From positions 97,771-161,770 of the forward strand of contig JBHLMN010000015.1 in the NCBI GenBank assembly GCA_048938105.1: a stretch of 64,000 bases of DNA, written 5' to 3'. The notes under the pieces were generated by a model, which made no database searches, was not told where the DNA came from, and saw only the letters and a list, made by a program, of their open reading frames with translations. Positions 19,345 through 28,847 of this stretch are shown here, piece after piece. Every line of letters begins with the position of its first letter. Positions within the stretch are counted from its first letter, which is position 1. A program made the translations under genes and the position numbers. The stretch is from Promethearchaeota archaeon (GTDB lineage Archaea > Asgardarchaeota > Heimdallarchaeia > Hodarchaeales > Hodarchaeaceae).

Positions 19345-19794
19345 TTAATTAACAAACCATGCAGATTCTTTCATAATATCAATGTCAATGGAGATCCATT
19401 TATCTTGGGGTTGAGCTATACGCGATTCATAGAGAAGTCGGAGATAAATGTAGGTCTCTGGTTCATATAAATATAACTCCCAAATTTTCCCTGTGTGGAT
19501 TTGAAACTCCTGAACACGATTATCCCGAATTGTACCATTAATCAGATTACATTGGATTATTTCCCCATTAATATCAGAGACATTCTTTTCAATGGTTTGA
19601 GTAAGTATCTGCAATAAATCGTCAAGATCTATATCTTTTGTCGGATAAATGTTCCAAGTAACTGTGATGTTTTGTTTTCGGCTATTGATCCTTACTGGCA
19701 ATGTTTTTGATCTATCTGAATAATAGGAATCGATTATGCTTTCGATTTTTGGAATTAATTGTTGAAGAACCTTAGGTAGGATTTCTAAGTTCAA
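19345..19794 (-). CDS. Hypothetical protein (probable TTG start 4 bp after the RING stop)
   Basis: The listed ORF 19345-19911 overlaps the RING gene; the in-frame TTG at 19794 gives 149 aa. Confidence 0.55.
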   Translation of the reverse strand: MNLEILPKVLQQLIPKIESIIDSYYSDRSKTLPVRINSRKQNITVTWNIYPTKDIDLDDLLQILTQTIEKNVSDINGEIIQCNLINGTIRDNRVQEFQIHTGKIWELYLYEPETYIYLRLLYESRIAQPQDKWISIDIDIMKESAWFVN

Positions 19795-19798
19795 AGAA

Positions 19799-20128
19799 TC
19801 ACAACTTCCCGCGACAATAAGGACAAGTATGGTGTTTGGCAAGCCAACGCAGCATATGATCTTGATGGGCTTTTTGATGACAATGGGGACATTCCATATA
19901 TGAACTAGCATCTATTCCATAAATATCGATTGGTTTCCAACATATCATGCATTTGACAAGTTCAAAAGGATTCCATTCTCCTATGTTTTTGCTGATCAGT
20001 TTGATATTAGATGTACTGGAGACAGGAAATTTACTTGGAATATGAATACGATTATTATTAGTGCCTTTATCGACAGGGGATGATTGAAGACGAATCTTAG
20101 TAGGAAGCTTGAATACCTCAGGGCTCAT
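19799..20128 (-). CDS. RING-finger protein (putative E3 ligase)
   Basis: CMIC...CPHC...AHQDH..RW....CPYCR RING-like pattern with the conserved Trp. Confidence 0.85.
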   Translation of the reverse strand: MSPEVFKLPTKIRLQSSPVDKGTNNNRIHIPSKFPVSSTSNIKLISKNIGEWNPFELVKCMICWKPIDIYGIDASSYMECPHCHQKAHQDHMLRWLAKHHTCPYCRGKL

Positions 20129-20522
20129 TTTCGGTCACATGATCCTTCAACTGTTCTAAAATATTCGATAGGTCTTCTTTTAAAGCCACCAAGTCAGCTT
20201 TTTCTACAAGTAATTGTTTCTTTGAAAAATCTCGATTATACTCTTGTTGAGACTCAATTTTCGTTAAGATAACAATGAGATCTGCAAATGTTTCGCTCAG
20301 TCCTCCCAGTTTCTTACTGTATTTCGCCAATTGCGAATTTATATCCACTAAGGCTTGACGGATTTGGTCCTGAAACTGGTTAATTTGTGAGAGATGATTG
20401 TTTAATGAAGCCATTTCCGCATAAACAGTGTTTATTGTAGTTTCAAGACCTTTAACTGTAGGAATGTCACCTTTAGGAGTTTTAAGGGTCTCAATCTCTA
20501 CTTTTCGGGGTTCATTGGACAT
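20118..20522 (-). CDS. Coiled-coil protein
   Basis: Heptad-rich 134-aa ORF overlapping the RING start. Confidence 0.7.
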   Translation of the reverse strand: MSNEPRKVEIETLKTPKGDIPTVKGLETTINTVYAEMASLNNHLSQINQFQDQIRQALVDINSQLAKYSKKLGGLSETFADLIVILTKIESQQEYNRDFSKKQLLVEKADLVALKEDLSNILEQLKDHVTENEP

Positions 20523-20648
20523 TGTCTTTCACATGAATCCTTTTATCTTTTGATTTGATAAATACAATCTAATTAATAAAATTCGTACCCCCAGGGGAAA
20601 AATCTTTGTATTTGATATCTGTGTATTTCGAAGATGTTATAAACGTCT

Positions 20649-21323
20649 ATGTCTAAGAATATCAATCGATACCCTGTATTTAGAGTTTTAATTAACGATG
20701 ATGCTTTTCTCACGACCCCATATCGAACAATCCACAAAAGGATCTATCATCGGATGCAAAGCAGTTTAAAAGACATCTATTCGGTGGTACTATTAGGAAC
20801 AAGCGGTGTAGGGAAATCTACAATTGCTTTTTATCTAGAACATGGGTATCCTCCTCCGCGTGATATTAAACCTACGATTGCGTTCGGTATCACTCACGTA
20901 GTTATCCAAAAAACCGTGATGGGCTTGATCGATGTGGGAGGTCAGCGTAAATTCTTGGATATGCGTTATCACGAGCGTTTTGTACGCACTGCAGATGGTA
21001 TGGTCTTTATTGTTGATAGCTCGAGAAGAAATTTCAGATATGATGAGCAATGGTTTGATGACGCTCTACAATTGGTATCGAACCGGGTACCGATTCTTGT
21101 AATTGCTAATAAGCAAGATCTTCCAGGTGCTCTCTCCCCTGAATTCTTGAAAACACATTTCTTTGAAGAATTGCTGAAAAATAATGTCTATAATGTCTTT
21201 GGTACTGTGGCTGCCGACCCAGGAGGGATTAGAAGTGGTGAGAATATCCAGGTGGCTTTTCAGTACCTCATTGACCAAATGAAACTGAATCGTAAGTTTT
21301 TGATTAAACAAAGTCAAATCTAA
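20649..21323 (+). CDS. Arf-like small GTPase
   Basis: G1 GTSGVGKS, G2 PTI, G3 DVGGQ, G4 NKQD. Confidence 0.88.
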   Translation: MSKNINRYPVFRVLINDDAFLTTPYRTIHKRIYHRMQSSLKDIYSVVLLGTSGVGKSTIAFYLEHGYPPPRDIKPTIAFGITHVVIQKTVMGLIDVGGQRKFLDMRYHERFVRTADGMVFIVDSSRRNFRYDEQWFDDALQLVSNRVPILVIANKQDLPGALSPEFLKTHFFEELLKNNVYNVFGTVAADPGGIRSGENIQVAFQYLIDQMKLNRKFLIKQSQI

Positions 21324-21345
21324 TCTTAGATAATAGAAGAAAAAC

Positions 21346-22152
21346 GTGCGTGGTATTTTGTTCGAGCAAATTACTCGTGTAACCTCAGGTGTTCCTTATT
21401 TAGATGCATTAACCTCAGGTGGTTTTATCAAGGGGACAACCAATCTGGTAATTGGTCCTGCAGGGGCTGGTAAAACCATTTTTGGCTTACATTTTCTACA
21501 TGAGGGTGCACGACGGAATGAAAATGGCCTATTGGTAGCTATGCAAGAACCCCCTTGGGCTATTCGTCGGGATGCAAGTTCTTTCTCCTTTTTTGACCAT
21601 AACTTCTTTGCTGAACCAGAGAAAATTGTTATGCTTGATTTTACTCCCTCGGGTTGGGAATTATGGGATCCCGATAGTTTAACATATACTGAAGAGTCTG
21701 AACTGATGTTAGAGGCGGAGGGGGTTCCCTATAACGAAACCTCTCTACCTACTTTTCTTCATAAAGTGTTCTATCACATTAGTCAAGTGGTAGAAGAAAA
21801 AAAGATAGAACGTATTGTTATAGATCCCTTGGCAGCATTTCAGTTCTATGACTATGGAAATGACTTTGGATTCCTTAGAAAACTTACAACAGGATTTTTA
21901 ACAAATATTTCAGCATTGAATGTTACTACTCTTGCTATATCCGAGGTTTCAGGTGGCATGGAGCATTCACTTTTCGGAGAAGAATATATTGCGGATTCTA
22001 TTATTCATTTAGATACACTTTCAGTTAGAGGTGAAATGATTCGTATCTTAAGAATTGGGAAGATGCGAGCGACCAATCATACTAAACAAACGTTACGGTT
22101 TGAAATCAATCATCATGGAATCACTTTTCTTGATTCTGAAGACACAGATTGA
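21346..22152 (+). CDS. KaiC-like RecA-superfamily ATPase (single domain)
   Basis: TSGVPYLD, GGF, GPAGAGKT, RIVID, EYIADSII and KMR motifs. Confidence 0.9.
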   Translation: MRGILFEQITRVTSGVPYLDALTSGGFIKGTTNLVIGPAGAGKTIFGLHFLHEGARRNENGLLVAMQEPPWAIRRDASSFSFFDHNFFAEPEKIVMLDFTPSGWELWDPDSLTYTEESELMLEAEGVPYNETSLPTFLHKVFYHISQVVEEKKIERIVIDPLAAFQFYDYGNDFGFLRKLTTGFLTNISALNVTTLAISEVSGGMEHSLFGEEYIADSIIHLDTLSVRGEMIRILRIGKMRATNHTKQTLRFEINHHGITFLDSEDTD

Positions 22153-22309
22153 GCTATTAACAGTATAATTCTGTTTTAAACAATTTTATAAAAGTATCAC
22201 AATCCTCGATACAGAAAATCGTTGAAGAACAGAAGGGATAAAAGATTTGGGTTCCCCATTCAATATATTTTAAAAGAGGAACTTATATGGGGTAGATCAA
22301 GTAGATCAA

Positions 22310-22564
22310 ATGAAGGAATTCATGATGCAGATAAATGTAGTTCAAGCTATTGGAGGCGGGGAGATCACAATGACTTGTGATAAGACAGATTCGGTTGCTG
22401 CTATCAAAGAAAGAGTAGCCCAACAAAAAAGGATACCAGCTAGATCGGTCATCCTCGTATTTCAGGGAAAACAACTCGATGAAAGTGAGACCCTAAAGTC
22501 TGCTGGGATCGAAGATATGGATAAGTTATATATGATCACACGAACTACAGGTGGCTCAACCTAA
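22310..22564 (+). CDS. Ubiquitin precursor (GG followed by ST)
   Basis: Beta-grasp pattern IKERV, LVFQGKQLDE, C-terminal RTTGG-ST. Confidence 0.93.
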   Translation: MKEFMMQINVVQAIGGGEITMTCDKTDSVAAIKERVAQQKRIPARSVILVFQGKQLDESETLKSAGIEDMDKLYMITRTTGGST

Positions 22565-22664
22565 CCTAAAATTCCGTTCCCAAGATAGAACTTCGTAACT
22601 GACTTCGTAAATCCAGTGAAGCACTTTTAAATTCTTTAGCTGGGATGGTGGTTGGGATTGTCAT

Positions 22665-23660
22665 ATGAGTGAGCGGTATAATCGTCAACTTTTGATAGAA
22701 CACTGGGATCAGAAAAAAATCCAGCAAAGTACCGTGACATTGGTTGGGCTAGGAGCATTGGGGAGTGTGGCTGGTACATCATTAGCAATGGCAGGAGTAG
22801 GAACACTCATTCTAGTTGATTTAGACACCATCGAATTGAGTAACCTGAATAGACAATTGCTTTTTCGGGCTGCAGATATAGGAAAACCGAAGGTTAAAGT
22901 CTGTGCAAACGTATTACAGGAAATTAATCCAGACGTTAATGTTATTACGTTATACATGCCTATTGAAAAGGCTCCACGCCATGTCCTAGAAACTTCGAGT
23001 GTCATCCTTGATGGTTTAGACACATTTCAAGCTCGTCGATGGGTAAACTCATTTGCAGTAGGGGCAAACATTCCTTTGATCTCTGGAGGGATGTATAGCT
23101 TTCTAGGAAATCTTCAAGTTGTTGTCCCCCAAAAAACTCCCTGTTTAGAATGCCAGTCACTAATTCCTGAAGAAGAGCTTCAAAAAGCCTGTACACCATT
23201 TGGAGAAGTGAGAAAAGAAACTCGACCTGCTGAAAACGAAAACGAATACATTCCATACGTTTCTAGTGTATCTTTTGTCATAGGGGGTCTTATGGCTCAA
23301 GAGGCTTTAAAAATCATTCTTGGATTACCCCCCTTGAAAGAGTATCTGTTTTGGGATGGAAAGACCGAGTTGTTCACATCGGTACCTCTTGAACGTCGTG
23401 AAGATTGTATTGTTTGTTCACCACGTTACCAGTTGCAAGCTATTCCTATTCGTTCTCCTATTGACCAACAACTAGGAGATTTTATAGCTCAACTACGATA
23501 CTCATTCAATCTGAGTTCTGAAATGGCATTGTTGTTTCAAACTCAGAGATTAACTGCCTCTGAAGAAAAGATAGGAAGTATCTTTCAATCAGGAGCTATT
23601 TTCAGGGTTGTTGATCCCACATTATCTACTCCCCTAAAATTCGTGATTAATATAGACTGA
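22665..23660 (+). CDS. Ubiquitin-activating enzyme E1 (ThiF/UBA family)
   Basis: RYNRQ, GLGALG, SNLNRQ, CLEC, putative catalytic KACT, CIVC, and a ~75-aa C-terminal domain. Confidence 0.92.
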   Translation: MSERYNRQLLIEHWDQKKIQQSTVTLVGLGALGSVAGTSLAMAGVGTLILVDLDTIELSNLNRQLLFRAADIGKPKVKVCANVLQEINPDVNVITLYMPIEKAPRHVLETSSVILDGLDTFQARRWVNSFAVGANIPLISGGMYSFLGNLQVVVPQKTPCLECQSLIPEEELQKACTPFGEVRKETRPAENENEYIPYVSSVSFVIGGLMAQEALKIILGLPPLKEYLFWDGKTELFTSVPLERREDCIVCSPRYQLQAIPIRSPIDQQLGDFIAQLRYSFNLSSEMALLFQTQRLTASEEKIGSIFQSGAIFRVVDPTLSTPLKFVINID

Positions 23661-23716
23661 AATCTGTGATTTAATCAACAGGTAATTGGTACAATTCTGT
23701 ATCTTTTTTCTTCACG

Positions 23717-24469
23717 TTAAATAAAGTTTGGTAATAAAAAAAGAACAATGTAGACAAGGGTGAGGATACCACTAATGCCATATGAATAATATTCGTTGAG
23801 TAAATGAGCTGTACGAATACCATTTCCACAATGATAAGCAACGAGGCCCAAAAAGGGGATGTAAAGGAGTTCAAATATAGCATAATTAGTCCAAGTTGTA
23901 GTAGTAATGGTTGCACTTTCTAATCCTGGTCCCAAAAAGGCAATTAAAATGCTGATTATTATTGAAGCAGGAATGAGAGGACCAAGTGAGTAGCCAACAA
24001 TTCCTTGTGTATCCCGAAAACTAGCTTTTCCTCCAAGGGTTTTTGCTATTAGCCAAACAATAAGACTACTAATGAGCCACCCGAATATCGCTAGGATAAT
24101 AAAGGCTATAGCAACAATCCAAGGAGCAATCACGAAATATAAGAAGTGCCAATCATGCCAAGATGTATCTGCACCTTTAAAAAAGAATGCACTTAATCGA
24201 AAACCATATGCTACAGAAACAAAATATAGTACAATTATGGCGCCAAAACGATCAGGGTTGACTCCAATCTCATTAAAAAGGCGTTTACTTTCTCTGGGGT
24301 CGAATAAACTTCGCCAAATTCGTAAAAACTTCTCTCTAATCGTGACACGAACTCGTTCTCTTGCCCGAACAATTTTTGTTAAGTCGAAGCCACAATAAGG
24401 GCAGAGAATGTAACCTGCTGGACTTCTTTCACTACAATTGGGACAGACGAGGGATTCAGACTCAGACAT
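23717..24469 (-). CDS. Yip1-domain membrane protein with N-terminal Zn ribbon
   Basis: CPNC..CPYC; LFDP..F; five TMs with AKTLGGKASF..TQGIVGYS Yip1 motif. Confidence 0.8.
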   Translation of the reverse strand: MSESESLVCPNCSERSPAGYILCPYCGFDLTKIVRARERVRVTIREKFLRIWRSLFDPRESKRLFNEIGVNPDRFGAIIVLYFVSVAYGFRLSAFFFKGADTSWHDWHFLYFVIAPWIVAIAFIILAIFGWLISSLIVWLIAKTLGGKASFRDTQGIVGYSLGPLIPASIIISILIAFLGPGLESATITTTTWTNYAIFELLYIPFLGLVAYHCGNGIRTAHLLNEYYSYGISGILTLVYIVLFLLPNFI

Positions 24470-24678
24470 ATGTTTTCTCTCACGGAAGAGTTTTATCTTC
24501 GTGGTTCTCTACGCTTAAATTACTTTTCACACAGTTATTCTTAACTATTTTCTTTTGGATTCTCATTTCTATTAGATAAATTCTAAAACCCTTCGGAAGT
24601 CATTCAACCAACTGAGAAGTTTCATTATTAAAGGATCCCTCCCATTAATTATTCTTAGTTTATTTTCTTTAGGACATA

Positions 24679-25725
24679 TTACTCGACTGAAAAGGAGGAA
24701 GTCTGGTCTAATGAGAGTTTCTCTTCAATGAATTTAAACAACCACGGGACGCAAAAAATACCGAAAAACGACAAAATCGCATATCGTAAAAATCGTGCAA
24801 TTAGATAAAGAGGAAATTCTTTGAAAAGCATTCCAGCTATAGCACTCGAGCCAAAATATATGATAAAAATAATTATGAGGCCTAAAACAGCACGATAGAT
24901 AAGTATTTTCTTATTTGATCTGACTTCTTTCACTTTCAGATTGATATAACGACTTTCAAGTATATAACCAGTTGATAAACCTAGAAGTAATCCTGCATAT
25001 GAACTGGTGTCAGCAAGTTCAAAATCATGACCCATTAAAACAGTGATTAAATATGACATTACTACTGCTATTATAGGAGCTATTACTGCAATTATAAAAA
25101 GAAAGGAAGGAGAAGAATTCGCAATAAATTGTTCTATTTTAGGTAAGAGGATGATATAGAGCAGTGCAATTAATATTCCGAACAATACACCAACAATTAC
25201 ATCTGTCGGCCAATGGACACCAAGGTAAATTCGGGAAAGAGGAACCATAACTATCATGAAGACACTTATTATCCAAAGACCAAGGCAGCGCCAACGGGTT
25301 GCTAAAAATGTCCAAAACGACCCTACACTTGATGAATGTCCACTTGGAAATGTATAATCTGTTGGAAGTTGGCCTAGTATATCCTTGATCCCTTTTATTT
25401 CAGTTTTATTCAATCTATCATATTCAAGATAAGGTCTTTCAAGACCAAAAAAGCCTTTTATTGTGTATGTGATGATAGCAGTAAAAATTGCTAAAAAAGC
25501 AACATGGATAGCCAGTTTTTTATCAATACAGAAGAAAAGTACAATAATTATTCCAACGACAAAGAGTTTATCGCCAAAAAGAGTGATGAATCCAAAAATA
25601 AGATCAAGATATGGACTGAAAGTTTGTAGGAAAATTATTATTTGATCATCTAAAGAACCAAGTGATTCACCCATTTTTTTCCTTCCAAGAGTAATGTCAA
25701 GTTTAGAGAGAAGACAGGAAATCAT
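24679..25725 (-). CDS. PAP2-family membrane lipid phosphate phosphatase
   Basis: KGFFGLERP, FPSGH and SRIYLGVHWPTD motifs; multiple TMs. Confidence 0.92.
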   Translation of the reverse strand: MISCLLSKLDITLGRKKMGESLGSLDDQIIIFLQTFSPYLDLIFGFITLFGDKLFVVGIIIVLFFCIDKKLAIHVAFLAIFTAIITYTIKGFFGLERPYLEYDRLNKTEIKGIKDILGQLPTDYTFPSGHSSSVGSFWTFLATRWRCLGLWIISVFMIVMVPLSRIYLGVHWPTDVIVGVLFGILIALLYIILLPKIEQFIANSSPSFLFIIAVIAPIIAVVMSYLITVLMGHDFELADTSSYAGLLLGLSTGYILESRYINLKVKEVRSNKKILIYRAVLGLIIIFIIYFGSSAIAGMLFKEFPLYLIARFLRYAILSFFGIFCVPWLFKFIEEKLSLDQTSSFSVE

Positions 25726-25891
25726 CTTACTTATTAAAGTTTTAGTTTCTTTTTAAAGATTGGATAAAACACAACTTCATAATTATAGACTAGCCTTTAA
25801 AGAGGGTGAAGGGTCATATCTTTATTAGTGAGGAATTAAAAAACCGAATGTTTGTTAAAAATTTTTCAGAGAATATCGGAAGGCCAACCCA

Positions 25892-27115
25892 TTGGAAGAT
25901 AATAATAAGTCTTCACAATCCAAAAAATCGAAGGAAGAGAAATCTCTGGAAGAAAAGGTTCTTGATGAAGCCAGATCCGATGAAATGGAAGAATTCTACC
26001 ATAAAGTTCAAGTAGACCTTGAAAAAGCAACATCGGGGCGCAGTGATTATCTAACGATTTTGGAAGAAGCTTATGCACAAGCTGAAAGAACCGAGAAAGA
26101 TTACATCGAAGACTTTAGACGGTTTGGTTTAGAAAGAGCGGAAAAAACAGAAGATATATACTTGATTTCCTGTTTTATGAGAAATGGACAACCATTGTTT
26201 GATTATCCTCTGTCTAAGAAGATTAATCTGCAAGAATCTTTAAGCTTTATTTTGAACACTATAACAAACTATGTCCAATACAAACTAGGAGAATTACTTG
26301 AAGTTCTTACCCTTGAATCCCAAACCATTCATTTTTTCGTGATTGAACAGATCATTATTGCAATTGTTACTTCAAAATTTATCCCCCGAGATAAAATCTA
26401 TATGTTAGCTATTCAAATCGGACAAATTATAAATCAATATCCGAATAAAAATCCTCAAAACAGTCCAGATTTACGTATTGATCTAGATAATGCGATTACA
26501 ACAGCTAAATCAACACTTGTTCAGGAACATCACACTTTGAAGGTAATCCTGATTGGTGATGGCGCTGTAGGGAAAACTTCAATAAGAAGGCGCTATCTTG
26601 GAGAAGGGTTTCAGATTGATTATCAAATGACTATAGGGGCAGATCTAGCTGCTAAAACATCTGATATAGTCTATACTGGCGGTAAACAGATAAAATACCT
26701 AATCTGGGATCTCGCTGGCCAACCCCGCTTTACTAATGTGAGAAAAATCTATTACATGTCTGCGGTAGGAGCCCTGGTTGTCTTCGATATCACACGTCCT
26801 GAGAGTTATCAGAATATTGTGAAATGGATGAATGAGCTCTGGCGCAATAACGGACGTGGCCCAGTACCATTAATTGTATTAGCTAACAAAACAGATTTAT
26901 GCAAGGCTGGTTTACCCTGTGTTTCTAAAGAAAAAATACAGGCTTTTGTATCTCGTTTGTCACAAATTTCAGAGAAATACCGCGGTTTCAAGATATACTT
27001 TCTTCCAACAAGTGCAAAAACAGGCCAAAATATAGAACAAGCATTTGAGCTGTTAGGTGAGTCTATCGTTGACTTTTTATCTTCTGTGAAAGTCTCTGGA
27101 GGAAAAAAATCGTAA
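25892..27115 (+). CDS. Longin-like domain fused to a Rab-like GTPase
   Basis: Central longin-type beta/alpha pattern; GDGAVGKTS, TIGADL, IWDLAGQ, YYMSA, NKTD, TSAK; no C-terminal Cys. Confidence 0.85.
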   Translation: MEDNNKSSQSKKSKEEKSLEEKVLDEARSDEMEEFYHKVQVDLEKATSGRSDYLTILEEAYAQAERTEKDYIEDFRRFGLERAEKTEDIYLISCFMRNGQPLFDYPLSKKINLQESLSFILNTITNYVQYKLGELLEVLTLESQTIHFFVIEQIIIAIVTSKFIPRDKIYMLAIQIGQIINQYPNKNPQNSPDLRIDLDNAITTAKSTLVQEHHTLKVILIGDGAVGKTSIRRRYLGEGFQIDYQMTIGADLAAKTSDIVYTGGKQIKYLIWDLAGQPRFTNVRKIYYMSAVGALVVFDITRPESYQNIVKWMNELWRNNGRGPVPLIVLANKTDLCKAGLPCVSKEKIQAFVSRLSQISEKYRGFKIYFLPTSAKTGQNIEQAFELLGESIVDFLSSVKVSGGKKS

Positions 27116-27423
27116 TATTGCTGAAATAAAACTAATTATTGGGGATAAATGTCTCAAGGATATCATATAATAAGATTTTTAGATTTTTAAAGAATGCTCA
27201 TGAGATTTTAAGAAATAAATCAGCGTTAGTCGGATTTATAGAGATGATTGGGACTGAAAAAAAGAATGATGCACTATCTATCCCGATGATATAAGAGAAA
27301 AGACAATATGGGACAAGGGAGTATCTTTTTAAGGTTCCTTATTGTGAGGCTTTTTTAAGAGGTTTCACACAGATGTACATAAACCGAAGGAAACACCTAT
27401 CTGGGTTAAATATATTTACATGA

Positions 27424-28200
27424 ATGTTTAAGCCTACAATTCAAAGAAAGGAGCCAGAAAAAAAAATGGATAGAGATTTTATTTTAGCACGAGAGGCACA
27501 GCTGGTTTATTCTAATTCCGCAGCCTCAGGATTCAATCCTGTAGGAGAATCCTTAGCTCGATGGCAAGGGACATTAACTTATACAACCAGTAGGGGTCGA
27601 AACATGTTCACTTTCGAGATTTTTTTACCAGAATATTTTCCAAATGTCCCCCCCGTGGTTACAGCAGTTGGCTACATGGATCACCCAAACATCGATGAGG
27701 ATAGCTTTATCCAATTACGAATCCTAGATAATTGGCGTGCGGAGTTTCATCTATATCAAGTGATTATAGCATTAAAGAACCTTATGTCTAGGGTGCCTCC
27801 AACTCCCAAAGGTGAGGCTGCTAAGACAGTTCGCGAGACAGTCGCCCGTTTAACAGAAACACCCCCAGTAGCCGAACCTCAGACAACCTCCGCAGAAACC
27901 ACAGCCTTGAGAACAGAGATATCTTCTTTGACACATAAAATGCAGGAAAAAGATGAGGAATTAGCCCGATTACGCGCACAGCAAATGGTTCAAGTACAAT
28001 CCTCTCAAAGAGATGAACATTTAAGCCTTTCAGCTCAAGATAACCTCGAATCAGAACGTATTGCCCTCTCAGAATTATTAGCATCACTTGAAGATCGCTA
28101 TGCAGCTGGAGAGATTTCAATTTTCGAATATTCACGTTTATATAAAAAATATACAAAAGAACTCTATACAATTCGAAAACAATTAAGTTATTTGGGATAG
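27424..28200 (+). CDS. vps23: ESCRT-I Vps23/TSG101-like (UEV, coiled coil, steadiness box)
   Basis: E2-variant fold (LPEYFPNVPP, HPNI, no catalytic Cys), Pro/Thr linker, coiled coil, GEISIFEYSRLYKKY hairpin. Confidence 0.88.
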   Translation: MFKPTIQRKEPEKKMDRDFILAREAQLVYSNSAASGFNPVGESLARWQGTLTYTTSRGRNMFTFEIFLPEYFPNVPPVVTAVGYMDHPNIDEDSFIQLRILDNWRAEFHLYQVIIALKNLMSRVPPTPKGEAAKTVRETVARLTETPPVAEPQTTSAETTALRTEISSLTHKMQEKDEELARLRAQQMVQVQSSQRDEHLSLSAQDNLESERIALSELLASLEDRYAAGEISIFEYSRLYKKYTKELYTIRKQLSYLG

Positions 28201-28210
28201 GATAAACTTC

Positions 28211-28831
28211 ATGACTTTTCCTCCAAATTTAGCAAAGCGTTGGGAATTGGAAGGGCATCTATATGCAAGTATTGGGACTCTTGACTTATTATCTCGAACT
28301 TTTGAGCGAGGTGAGTTAGATCCGAATATTTTCCATAAACAACACAAGAATCTCTTATCAACAATTGTCGCGATTCGAGCAAAGTTAGAGAACTATAATT
28401 TTGACTTGGATGACTTCATTCAAACTGAACAGATCCAAAAATTATTCCCTTATGGTCTTGAAAAACTCCATAAGACTGAGGGTACAGATGAATCTCCTGG
28501 AAATCGCATTGATTATAGCCAAATTAAAAAACTCCCCAGTATTGCTGCCGAATTCGTAGCTAATGCTATTGAATTACTAGATCTTCTTCGTTTAGAAGCC
28601 ATTGCAACTGTAGACCGAGTTTTACCTTATTTAGATGAGCTTTATGCAATCCTAATCAAATCTCATGTATATGGAGCTGACCATTGGGTAACCCAAGATA
28701 TTAATGAGTGGATAAGATGGATGGACAGACAAAAACCAGGCCAACTCTTAAAGCAAGACGAACTACGAAAGTTAGAATTGCAAGCTGCAAGATGGTTATC
28801 TGATTTTCGACGAGAATTGAGTAATCTTTAA
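28211..28831 (+). CDS. vps28: ESCRT-I Vps28-like
   Basis: LYASIGTLDLL N-terminal hairpin; AAEFVANAIELLDLLRL..VDRVLPYL C-terminal four-helix bundle. Confidence 0.88.
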   Translation: MTFPPNLAKRWELEGHLYASIGTLDLLSRTFERGELDPNIFHKQHKNLLSTIVAIRAKLENYNFDLDDFIQTEQIQKLFPYGLEKLHKTEGTDESPGNRIDYSQIKKLPSIAAEFVANAIELLDLLRLEAIATVDRVLPYLDELYAILIKSHVYGADHWVTQDINEWIRWMDRQKPGQLLKQDELRKLELQAARWLSDFRRELSNL

Positions 28832-28847
28832 GGTATTCTAAAGTCTA

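Noticed and set aside
19795-19911. N-terminal 39 aa of ORF 19345-19911
   Set aside because: Overlaps the RING gene in another frame; the TTG at 19794 is the more plausible start
22590-22611. ACTTCGTAA repeated twice between ubiquitin and E1
   Set aside because: Only two 9-bp copies; too weak to call an operator or array
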